Shown: positions 1-7,465 of the stretch, in pieces
How the letters are laid out: each line of letters opens with the position of its first letter
Numbering within the stretch: the first letter of the stretch is position 1
DNA from: a bacterium
GTDB lineage: Bacteria > Cyanobacteriota > Vampirovibrionia > Gastranaerophilales > JBAXKC01
Assembly (NCBI GenBank): GCA_037137535.1
Contig: JBAXKC010000053.1
Location: 1 to 13,043 of the forward strand
Direction: 5' to 3'
DNA length: 13,043 nt
Made by a program: the position numbers and the translations under genes
The notes under the pieces: model-generated
Seen by the model: the letters and a program-made list of their open reading frames with translations, nothing else
The model's database searches: none
What the model was told of the DNA's origin: nothing

Positions 1-14
1 GGGGTAAATATTAG

Positions 15-44
15 AAGAGTCACTCATTTGAGTGGCTCTTTTTT
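15..44 (+). terminator. Rho-independent terminator of an upstream transcript outside the window
   Basis: AAGAGTCACTC (15-25) / loop ATTT / GAGTGGCTCTT (30-40) forms an 11-bp stem with one G-U pair, followed by TTTTGTTGTTTTTTT. Confidence 0.85.
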
Positions 45-97
45 GTTGTTTTTTTATACGTTATACTTATTTTAATGGACGTTATGGAGAAATTATT

Positions 98-2272
98 GTG
101 GACCTTGAAAATCAGCTTAATGAAATTTTATCATTTATCCAAAATCTTGATTTTGATAAGGCTGATAAATTATGTAGGGATTTATTAAATAACAATCAGA
201 ATAATGATATTCTTTTTTATTTTATGGGGATAATTCATTTCCAGTTAAAAGATTTTAATTTTGCATTAGAAAACCTTGCAAAAGCTATTAATATCAATCC
301 TGCTCCAAATTATTATTTTGATATTGGCGAAGTTTATAGAGAGGCAGGGCATCCAAAGGAAGCCTTCAATTCTTATTTACAGGTTATTAAGCTTGTAAAT
401 GGAAGTCAAGATGCTTATTTTAGGGCTGGAGAGATGTTATTTTTTTTAAAGCAATATGAGCAGGCTGTTCAGTATTTTAATGAAGCCTTAAAATTTAATC
501 CTTATGATAATGAAAGCTTTTTTAACCTTGCCTTGTGTTTTTTAAATCTTCAAAAATCTTCTGAAGCTAAGGGCTATCTTGAAAAAGCAATTGAAATATA
601 TCCGCATGAGACTAATTATTATTATAATTTAGCGATTGCAAATTTAAAGCTGGGAGAAAACGAAGCAGCTATAAAAAATCTTGAAATCGCTATTGAATTA
701 AATCCTAATATACCTGAACCTTACTCTCTTTTAAGTGGAACATTCTTGCATTGTGGAGTTTATCATCAAAGAGCTATTGAGTTGCTTGAAAAAGCCAATG
801 AACTAGCTTATATAAAATGGACAGAAAAAAATAGGGATTATCCTATAAATAAGATTAATAATATAAAATTGGGAATATGTTATTTTTACGAAGATAAATT
901 TAACGAAGAGGAGTATATAAAATTTGAAACTTATTTGCAATCACAAATTTTTAAAAACTTTGAAATAGTTAAAGATTTTAATAATAATTATACTCATTTC
1001 TGTTTTGTTGAGCAGGGGGATTTGTTTAATCCTAATGCTTTTTTAGCTTTAGTAAATGAAATTCAAAAAAATAATCCTGATATTATTTATACTGATGAAG
1101 ATCTTTATGATCAAGATAATAAAAGGAAATCACCTTATTTTAAGCCCGAATTTTCACCTTATCTTTTATTAAGTCATAATTATATGAATTCATTATTATG
1201 CTTAAAAAATAGCGATAATGTGCAGAAATTAACCTTAGAAAAAATAAATCAAAATAAAATTTATGAATTTCTTTTAAAAGAAACTGAATTGACTAAAAAA
1301 ATTAGTAGAATTCCAGATATTTTATATCATCGCCATATTATTAATCATGACAAAATAAAGCAAAATTCGACCAATGAATTAATATTGAATAAAATAAAAA
1401 ATAACGGTTGGAATGCAGAAATAGTTGATTATAAAGAAAAAAATATAAATTCAATTAAATTTAATCATGAAAAAAACAGTAAAGTTTCTATAATTATTCC
1501 ATTTAAGGATAAAGTAGAGCTGCTCAAAGACTGTATTGAGAGTATTGAATTAAAATCATCATATAAAAACTATGAATTGCTACTGGTAAATAATAGAAGC
1601 TGTGAAAATGAAACTCTGGAATATTTGGCAAGCTTAAAACATAAAGTGATAAATGCCGATTTTGAATTTAATTATTCAAAAATTAATAATACAGCCGCTA
1701 AAGAAGCCACAGGCGAGTATTTAATATTGTTGAACAATGACACCAAGGTTATAAGCGAAGATTGGATAGAAAGCCTTATAGGTCTGGCTGCTTTGACAGA
1801 TGTCGGAGCTGTTGGAGCTAAATTATTATATCCGAATGAAACTATTCAACATTGTGGAATGGTTAAAACTGATAGCCATTTTTCTCATGTTAATAGATTA
1901 ATGCCGGATAATTATTCTGGTTATATGAATTATAGCGATTTAATAAAGGAATATTCATTTATAACAGGTGCATGTCTTGCAATATCAAAAGAAAAATATT
2001 TTGAAGTCGGTGGAATGAATGAAGAGCTTTCTATTATAAATAATGATGTTGAATTATGTATGAAATTAAGAGAAAAGGGGTATTATAATTTATACAACCC
2101 TCATTCTAAACTTTATCATCTTGAATCGGTATCAAGAGAAGGTCTTTTTAAAGATATAGAAAGTCAGAATTTTAGTTATTTAACAGAAAAAGTTAATGAT
2201 TTTTTTGCTAAAGCTGATCCGTTTTATAATCCAAATTTAAAAGATGCTTATTTTAATATGAGAGCAAAATAA
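98..2272 (+). CDS. TPR-repeat protein fused to family 2 (GT-A fold) glycosyltransferase domains, about 724 aa
   Basis: N-terminal TPR repeats (e.g. ALENLAKAININP, AVQYFNEALKFNP, AKGYLEKAIEIYP, AIKNLEIAIELNP). A middle GT2-like region contains DIIYTDED..PYFKPEFSP..LLSHNY..IPDILYH. The C-terminal GT2 domain has VSIIIPFKDK, LLVNNRS, FNYSKINN, EYLILLNNDT, VGAVGAKLLYP, TGACL and NDVELC. Start moved from 32, which lies inside the terminator, to GTG 98 preceded by GGAG (86-89). Confidence 0.88.
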   Translation: MDLENQLNEILSFIQNLDFDKADKLCRDLLNNNQNNDILFYFMGIIHFQLKDFNFALENLAKAININPAPNYYFDIGEVYREAGHPKEAFNSYLQVIKLVNGSQDAYFRAGEMLFFLKQYEQAVQYFNEALKFNPYDNESFFNLALCFLNLQKSSEAKGYLEKAIEIYPHETNYYYNLAIANLKLGENEAAIKNLEIAIELNPNIPEPYSLLSGTFLHCGVYHQRAIELLEKANELAYIKWTEKNRDYPINKINNIKLGICYFYEDKFNEEEYIKFETYLQSQIFKNFEIVKDFNNNYTHFCFVEQGDLFNPNAFLALVNEIQKNNPDIIYTDEDLYDQDNKRKSPYFKPEFSPYLLLSHNYMNSLLCLKNSDNVQKLTLEKINQNKIYEFLLKETELTKKISRIPDILYHRHIINHDKIKQNSTNELILNKIKNNGWNAEIVDYKEKNINSIKFNHEKNSKVSIIIPFKDKVELLKDCIESIELKSSYKNYELLLVNNRSCENETLEYLASLKHKVINADFEFNYSKINNTAAKEATGEYLILLNNDTKVISEDWIESLIGLAALTDVGAVGAKLLYPNETIQHCGMVKTDSHFSHVNRLMPDNYSGYMNYSDLIKEYSFITGACLAISKEKYFEVGGMNEELSIINNDVELCMKLREKGYYNLYNPHSKLYHLESVSREGLFKDIESQNFSYLTEKVNDFFAKADPFYNPNLKDAYFNMRAK

Positions 2273-2276
2273 AATA

Positions 2277-2309
2277 AAAATCCTGCTTTTTGATTTAAAG
2301 CAGGATTTT
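2277..2309. terminator. Bidirectional intrinsic terminator between the convergent GT gene and minE
   Basis: Perfect 13-bp inverted repeat AAAATCCTGCTTT (2277-2289) / AAAGCAGGATTTT (2297-2309) with a 7-nt loop and A/T runs at both ends. Confidence 0.85.
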
Positions 2310-2326
2310 AAAAATAATATTTAAAC

Positions 2327-2626
2327 TTATTTTGATCTTAAAATAGGAATATTTGCAACAAGAGCAATTGTGTTTGACTCAGACTCAAGACAAAGGTCAA
2401 GAGCATCTCTGTCTATTTCAACATATTTTGAAATTACTTCAACCATTTCATCCCTCATTTTTTGAAGAGTTTCAGGTGAAATATTGCTTCTATCATGCAT
2501 CAGAACTAATTTTAAACGATTGCAAGCATCACTTTTACTGCTGTCTGCAAGTTTTTCATCACTAGATGCAAAAATACGGTTTAATTTTGCAATTATATCG
2601 CTTAGAGTTTCATTTATAGCTTTCAT
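2327..2626 (-). CDS. minE: Cell division topological specificity factor MinE
   Basis: A.NRLKLVLMHDR, L.KMRDEMVEVISKYVEID and ALVANIPI are MinE motifs of cyanobacterial style. It follows minD, and AGGAGG precedes the ATG. Confidence 0.95.
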   Translation of the reverse strand: MKAINETLSDIIAKLNRIFASSDEKLADSSKSDACNRLKLVLMHDRSNISPETLQKMRDEMVEVISKYVEIDRDALDLCLESESNTIALVANIPILRSK

Positions 2627-2639
2627 TTTTTAATCCTCC

Positions 2640-3452
2640 TTATGAACTTGCCGCCCCAATGAGCTTGTCTTTCATTCTACCAAGCCAGCTCTTTGGTGGT
2701 TCAAGATTCATAAACGGAACGTCTTCGCCCATTACTCTTTTTGCTACATTGTTATAAGCAACAGCTGCTTTTTCATTTTCTTCGTTATAAACGATAGGCT
2801 CACCTTTATTTGTGCTTACAATTATGTTTTCATCTTCAGGAATAATTCCTAAAAGTTTAACAGAAAGAATTTCAACAACATCATCAACGCTCATCATGTC
2901 GTTAGCTTTAATTAATGTTGGGCGAACTCTATTTAAAACAAGCCTGTAGCTTGTTATTTCTTCTTTTGCTTCAAGAAGTCCGATAATTCTGTCAGCATCT
3001 CTTACTGCGGACATTTCAGGAGTTGCAACGATTATCGCTTCGGTTGCTCCTGCAATAGCATTTTGAAATCCTTGCTCAATTCCGGCAGGTGAATCAACAA
3101 GAACGAAATCATATTCTTCTTTAAGTTTATCGCAGATTTCTTTCATTTGTTCGCCTGTAACTGCTGATTTATCACGAGTTTGAGCAGCAGCTAAAAGAAC
3201 CAGATTAGGATTTTTTTTATCTTTAACAAGAGCTTGATTAAGTTTGCATCTCTCTTCAACAACGTCAACAAGAGTATAAACAATTCTATTTTCAAGACCC
3301 ATAAGAAGATCAAGATTTCTAAGACCTAAATCTGTATCAATCATTGCAACTTTAGCTCCGTTTTTTGCTAAAGCAGAGCCAATGTTTGCTGTAGAAGTAG
3401 TCTTACCTACTCCTCCTTTTCCGGAGGTTATGACTATAACACGACCTGACAT
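2640..3452 (-). CDS. minD: Septum site-determining ATPase MinD
   Basis: Deviant Walker A SGKGGVGKTT, DTDLGLRNLDLLMGLENR, DSPAGIEQGF and SAVRDADRIIGLL, plus a C-terminal amphipathic membrane-targeting helix SWLGRMKDKL. RBS AGGAGG. Confidence 0.98.
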   Translation of the reverse strand: MSGRVIVITSGKGGVGKTTSTANIGSALAKNGAKVAMIDTDLGLRNLDLLMGLENRIVYTLVDVVEERCKLNQALVKDKKNPNLVLLAAAQTRDKSAVTGEQMKEICDKLKEEYDFVLVDSPAGIEQGFQNAIAGATEAIIVATPEMSAVRDADRIIGLLEAKEEITSYRLVLNRVRPTLIKANDMMSVDDVVEILSVKLLGIIPEDENIIVSTNKGEPIVYNEENEKAAVAYNNVAKRVMGEDVPFMNLEPPKSWLGRMKDKLIGAASS

Positions 3453-3467
3453 TTAAAGAATTCCTCC

Positions 3468-4298
3468 TTAGTTATTTAAATGGGAAATTTTAATTTCCCC
3501 GTTTGATACTTTTGCTTCTTCCGGTGTAAATGTATTTGCTTTTTCGATTTTCTTGATATCAAGTCTATCGGGTCTTCTAGCAATTACATCAGCTATTCTA
3601 AGCTGAATAGCATTTATTTTAAGTGCTCTTATTGAAGCACCTTTATATCCTTTGGCTCCTGCATGAGCAATACCACTCATGATTCCCCATACGGTAATAT
3701 CTCCTGATGCTATAATTTCAGAACCTGCGTGAGCATGTCCGATAATTACAATATTTCCGTTATAGTTTATATTTTGTCCTGATCTTAAATTTTGTTTTAC
3801 ATATAAAGTTTTAACACTTCCATTTTCGGGATCAAAATCATCTTTTGCTTTTTCTGTAATTAAAGTTTTTTCTTCTTTGATTTGTTCCTCTTCGATTATT
3901 GAAGAGAGGCATGAAGAAGTTTGTTCTTCTTCCATTGTGAATGTTTCTTCGGTTAAATTTTCTTCAGTAACTGCAATATTGTCTGTTTCTTGTTGAGTTT
4001 CAACTTCATTAGTAAATTCAGAAACTGAAAGCCCTGCTGATAAAGCTGCAAGTTGAGTATGAACAGAGTTTGAAAAAATATGTTCTATTTTGACATCAAC
4101 GCTTTCTAAAACTGATTTTATACTTAAAATATGCGATGAAGATAAAGAAATATCTCCTAAAAATATTTTAATTGTTTTATTTTTTAAATCATACTTTTCA
4201 AGAGCAACGTTAATTTCAAGTAATATGTCTACAGGCGTAGAAGCATCGCTTAAATCAAGAATATTTTTTTCAAAAAGCATTGTTTCGTTCATTCCCAT
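3468..4298 (-). CDS. minC: Septum site-determining protein MinC
   Basis: C-terminal beta-helix motifs LRSGQ.I.Y.GNIVIIG..HAGSEIIASGDITVWG..SG.AHAGA.G and QLRIA. Directly upstream of minD. The start could be 4298 or the ATG at 4292 or 4283. Confidence 0.93.
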   Translation of the reverse strand: MGMNETMLFEKNILDLSDASTPVDILLEINVALEKYDLKNKTIKIFLGDISLSSSHILSIKSVLESVDVKIEHIFSNSVHTQLAALSAGLSVSEFTNEVETQQETDNIAVTEENLTEETFTMEEEQTSSCLSSIIEEEQIKEEKTLITEKAKDDFDPENGSVKTLYVKQNLRSGQNINYNGNIVIIGHAHAGSEIIASGDITVWGIMSGIAHAGAKGYKGASIRALKINAIQLRIADVIARRPDRLDIKKIEKANTFTPEEAKVSNGEIKISHLNN

Positions 4299-4391
4299 CT
4301 CACTTCTGTTTTTTTTACTTAATTAAAACACAGGCTTAACGGATTATTTTGCCTGCTTTATGTTTACAGCCTGTAAAAGCCACGTTCCATG

Positions 4392-4420
4392 AGAATATAT
4401 TAAAATAATAATTAGTTCAA
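4392..4420 (-). promoter_or_regulatory. Candidate sigma70 promoter for minCDE
   Basis: Minus strand reads TTGAAC (4420-4415) - 17 nt - TATTCT (4397-4392), about 95 nt upstream of minC. The AT-rich context makes chance matches likely. Confidence 0.35.
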
Positions 4421-4454
4421 CAAATACAACTTTATTGTTTCAAAAAGTTTATTA

Positions 4455-4856
4455 TTATCTTATGGTTTTAACGAGTTCATACTCTTTTTTCATTTGTTCT
4501 GCTTTTAGTTTTAAAATATTTAGTTTTTCATCTTTTATTGAATTTAATTTGTTTATGTAATAATTTTCGCTGGCATTTTTAAGCCTTGAAAATGCTGTTT
4601 TTGCTATGCATTCAGCAGTTTTAACTTCTTCTACCTGAATATCATTTGAGCGGATATAATTTAGAAAATCTTTTTGTAAATCAGTTTTATAGTTTTGTTT
4701 ATTGTCTTCTTCAATTTCTGAATTAACAAGTTTCATGTAAACATCAACAGCCGACTTTACTTTTGTTTCAAGAATATGTGTTTCCAAAAATTCTTTAATA
4801 TTTTCGCTATTTTCTAATTTTGCCACAAGGTCGCTCATTTGAAGTTCGGTAGTCAT
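4455..4856 (-). CDS. Hypothetical protein, 133 aa, charged and probably helical
   Basis: Open frame with ATG start and GGAG upstream, co-oriented with minCDE. E/K/L-rich with no motif I recognise. Confidence 0.75.
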   Translation of the reverse strand: MTTELQMSDLVAKLENSENIKEFLETHILETKVKSAVDVYMKLVNSEIEEDNKQNYKTDLQKDFLNYIRSNDIQVEEVKTAECIAKTAFSRLKNASENYYINKLNSIKDEKLNILKLKAEQMKKEYELVKTIR

Positions 4857-5059
4857 AATATTTGGATTCTCCGATTTTTAATTTAAACTATTGTTTATGG
4901 CCTTAGCTGTGTTTAAAAAAACAAAATACAATAAATTATTGCCTGTTAAAATGTAAATAATTGTTATTATTTGTATAGGGTATTTTATTGTTTTACCTCA
5001 TTAAAATCTATAAACATAAACTCAATAAGGTTTTTAGCCTTATGCTAAAAGGAAATTCT

Positions 5060-6760
5060 ATGAAAAAAATAATTATATTACTAGCTTTTTTAGAAATTTT
5101 TTTATGTGGTATTTGTTTTGCAAAAGAACCGCAAATTAATATTATTTACCCACCTTTAAACAAACAAATTAATGCAGATTCTACTTTTTTTATAGGCAAT
5201 ACTACGCAGGGAAGTCAGCTTGAGCTAAACGGCGAATTATTGAACATAAGACAAAATGGCGGTTTTGTAAAAAAAGTTCAGCTTAAATCAGGTAAAAATA
5301 CTTTTAAATTTATTTCAACGTATCAAAATAAAAAAAATAGTTTAGATTATAATCTCTATTCAGTCAAAAAGCCGTTGAGTCTATCCAATCAATCATTTGT
5401 AATAAATACTTCATCTGTTATGCCTAATGAAAATAGTTTATATCCTGTTGGTGAAAATATTATTTTAAGTTTTCAAGGCTCAAAAGGAAATAAAGCAGAG
5501 TTTTCATTTGATGGAAAGTGTTTTTATCCTATGACAGAGGTGAAAGATGGTTGTTATCAAGCTGGTTATACAATAAAAACTCAAGATGATTTGAATTTAA
5601 CGCCCGTAATTTACAGACTTTGCGGAAATAGCGGAACAGTAGAAGAAGTTTCTAAAAGTAAGATAAGTATTTTACCTGATAATATTTGGGGTAAAACCAT
5701 AAAAAATGAAGCAGTTATTAGAACTGCTCCGACAATGTCAAGATTAACTCCTTTGCCGCAAGGAACTAATTTAAAAATAACTGCAAAAATCGGCAATGAA
5801 TATAGATTTGAATACGGAAATATATCTGCGTTTATAAAAGCAGAAGATGTAGAAGTTTTACAAGGTGAATATGCCTTGAATCCAAGTCAGATAACAACTG
5901 TAACGACAGAAGAAACGGCTGAATATACAATTATAAAGATACCGCTTAATAATTGTTTGCCTGTTAAAATTGAAGAAAATTTTGATAATAATATAGATTT
6001 ATATATTTATAATGCGCTTTTAAATATCAGTACAAACAAAATAGCTGATTATAACTCTATTATTAATACTATGCTTGCTTATCAGCCTTATGAAAATGTT
6101 TTTAAACTTAATATAAAAACAAAATCTCTTTATGGATACAGTTATGATTATGAAAATAATACTTTTGTTTTAAGGTTAAAAAAAATGCAGCCTAAAATTG
6201 ATAATGTTTTAAAAAATAGAGTTATTGCAATTGATGCGGGGCATGGAGGAAGCGAATCGGGTGCTGTCGGATTAACCGGAATTGCTGAAAAAACAGTTAA
6301 TCTTAAAATTGCTGAATATCTTAAAACACTTCTTGAACAGCAAGGTGCAAAAGTTGTCATGACAAGAGAAGATGATAAATATGTCGAGCTTTATGAAAGG
6401 GTAAATATTGCAAGACAAAATAAATCGGATATTCTTGTAAGTGTTCATAATAACGCTTTAGCAGACGGTTCAGACCCTAATTTAATACATGGTAGTGAAT
6501 CTTACTTTTATCATCCTCATTCTTTAGCTTTAGCAAAGGCAATACAGCCTGAACTAGTTAAAGAAACAGGTTTTAACGATAACGGAGTTTATTATAACAG
6601 CCTTGTTTTAACAAGACCGTCTGATTTTCCTGCTGTCCTTGTCGAAGCTGGGTACATGATATATCCCGATGAATATGAATTTTTAATAACTGATGAGGGG
6701 CAAAAAACAGCAGCAAAAGCAATATTTAACGGCATAAAAAAATATTTTGAAGCTTTATGA
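5060..6760 (+). CDS. Secreted N-acetylmuramoyl-L-alanine amidase (Amidase_3 family), about 566 aa
   Basis: Signal peptide MKKIIILLAFLEIFLCGICFA from ATG 5060, with AAGGA upstream. SH3b-like segment IRTAPTMSRLTPLPQGT. C-terminal catalytic domain with Zn ligands and catalytic Glu: IAIDAGHGG, AEKTVN, SVHNNA, VLVEAGY. Confidence 0.93.
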   Translation: MKKIIILLAFLEIFLCGICFAKEPQINIIYPPLNKQINADSTFFIGNTTQGSQLELNGELLNIRQNGGFVKKVQLKSGKNTFKFISTYQNKKNSLDYNLYSVKKPLSLSNQSFVINTSSVMPNENSLYPVGENIILSFQGSKGNKAEFSFDGKCFYPMTEVKDGCYQAGYTIKTQDDLNLTPVIYRLCGNSGTVEEVSKSKISILPDNIWGKTIKNEAVIRTAPTMSRLTPLPQGTNLKITAKIGNEYRFEYGNISAFIKAEDVEVLQGEYALNPSQITTVTTEETAEYTIIKIPLNNCLPVKIEENFDNNIDLYIYNALLNISTNKIADYNSIINTMLAYQPYENVFKLNIKTKSLYGYSYDYENNTFVLRLKKMQPKIDNVLKNRVIAIDAGHGGSESGAVGLTGIAEKTVNLKIAEYLKTLLEQQGAKVVMTREDDKYVELYERVNIARQNKSDILVSVHNNALADGSDPNLIHGSESYFYHPHSLALAKAIQPELVKETGFNDNGVYYNSLVLTRPSDFPAVLVEAGYMIYPDEYEFLITDEGQKTAAKAIFNGIKKYFEAL

Positions 6761-7144
6761 TTATTTTTTGATTTTTTTGGCTCTGGTTTCTTTTATTCCG
6801 TTTTTGATTCCGATACAGTCGGCTTTTAAGTCGCACATATCACAATCTCCCGGAGTTAAAGCATCATAAGGAAATTCTTTTAACATTCCTGCGGTGAAAA
6901 TCAATGTGCCTGCAATAGCTTGTGGGACATAGTTATCGGGGAATATTTTTTGTATTTTATCGTTAAAAATCCATTTGACAGGTTTTATCGGCCAAAATAA
7001 AGGTGATAATGTTTTTGTAATAATAACAGTTCCCTTGCGTGAGTATTCCATGTGTTTTAATTTGTCGGGCTGAGTATAATCACATGCAAAAGTTTTATTT
7101 GAGGTTAGAAAAAGTATTAGAAATAAATAAAAAATCTTTTTCAT
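6761..7144 (-). CDS. Exported or membrane protein resembling the YfiM/DUF2279 (VanZ-like) group, 127 aa
   Basis: N-terminal signal-like segment, then the pattern DKLKH ... G.LKE..D ... DL.AD..G, which I recognise from YfiM-like proteins. Family assignment is by eye only. Confidence 0.6.
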   Translation of the reverse strand: MKKIFYLFLILFLTSNKTFACDYTQPDKLKHMEYSRKGTVIITKTLSPLFWPIKPVKWIFNDKIQKIFPDNYVPQAIAGTLIFTAGMLKEFPYDALTPGDCDMCDLKADCIGIKNGIKETRAKKIKK

Positions 7145-7146
7145 AA

Positions 7147-7389
7147 TTATACTTTATTCTTTTCAATAAATTTAGGAAATAAAAAAGCTCCTATAATATC
7201 CATTATTCCCATTCCGTAAACTACAGACTTTATTAAAGTTAAATCAGCTGTCTTTATATTAGATAAAATATTATGTGAGTGTAAAAACATGAAGATTTTA
7301 TCGATAAATAAACCTACTAAAATAAAAATAGCTCCTGTTAAGAAAATAATTAACTTTAAAAGCTTTTGCGCTTTTTCCTGTTTATTCAT
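7147..7389 (-). CDS. Small membrane protein with two hydrophobic helices, about 80 aa
   Basis: ATG at 7389 preceded by AAGGGA. Hydrophobic segments LIIFLTGAIFILVGLFI and VVYGMGIMDIIGAFLF. The stop lies 2 nt before the ATG of the next gene (TAA-TT-ATG), suggesting coupling. Confidence 0.72.
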   Translation of the reverse strand: MNKQEKAQKLLKLIIFLTGAIFILVGLFIDKIFMFLHSHNILSNIKTADLTLIKSVVYGMGIMDIIGAFLFPKFIEKNKV

Positions 7390-7465
7390 AAATATATTCC
7401 CTTTTATCAAATCTGTATTAAAATTTAATTTTACACTATTACAAGATAGAAAGAAAACGTTAAAA

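Noticed and set aside
1..6. GGGGTA followed by a terminator could be the 3' end of a tRNA gene without encoded CCA (cyanobacterial tRNA-Glu ends similarly)
   Set aside because: Six bases cannot support an RNA gene call; upstream sequence is needed.
32..97. ORF-track N-terminal extension of the TPR-GT2 gene
   Set aside because: It starts inside the terminator hairpin with no RBS; GTG 98 has GGAG.
2353..2565. 70-aa plus-strand ORF
   Set aside because: Antisense shadow of minE with no protein-like features.
4090..4326. 78-aa plus-strand ORF
   Set aside because: Antisense to minC, no RBS or motif.
4364..4390. Minus-strand mini-ORF MERGFYRL upstream of minC as a leader peptide
   Set aside because: Only 8 codons, no RBS, and its ATG lies upstream of the TSS implied by the candidate promoter.
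4988..5059. ORF-track extension of the amidase
   Set aside because: It would bury the signal peptide; ATG 5060 has an RBS and gives a classic MKK signal.
5611..6360. Minus-strand ORFs 5611-5796 and 6148-6360
   Set aside because: Antisense shadows within the amidase.
7417..7433. AT-only palindromes (ATTAAA-A-TTTAAT, TAAAATT-T-AATTTTA) in the short divergent intergenic region
   Set aside because: Pure A/T symmetry is expected by chance at this composition.
7289..7465. ORF-track extension of the radical SAM gene
   Set aside because: Overlaps the divergent membrane-protein gene; family-like sequence begins just after Met 7466.
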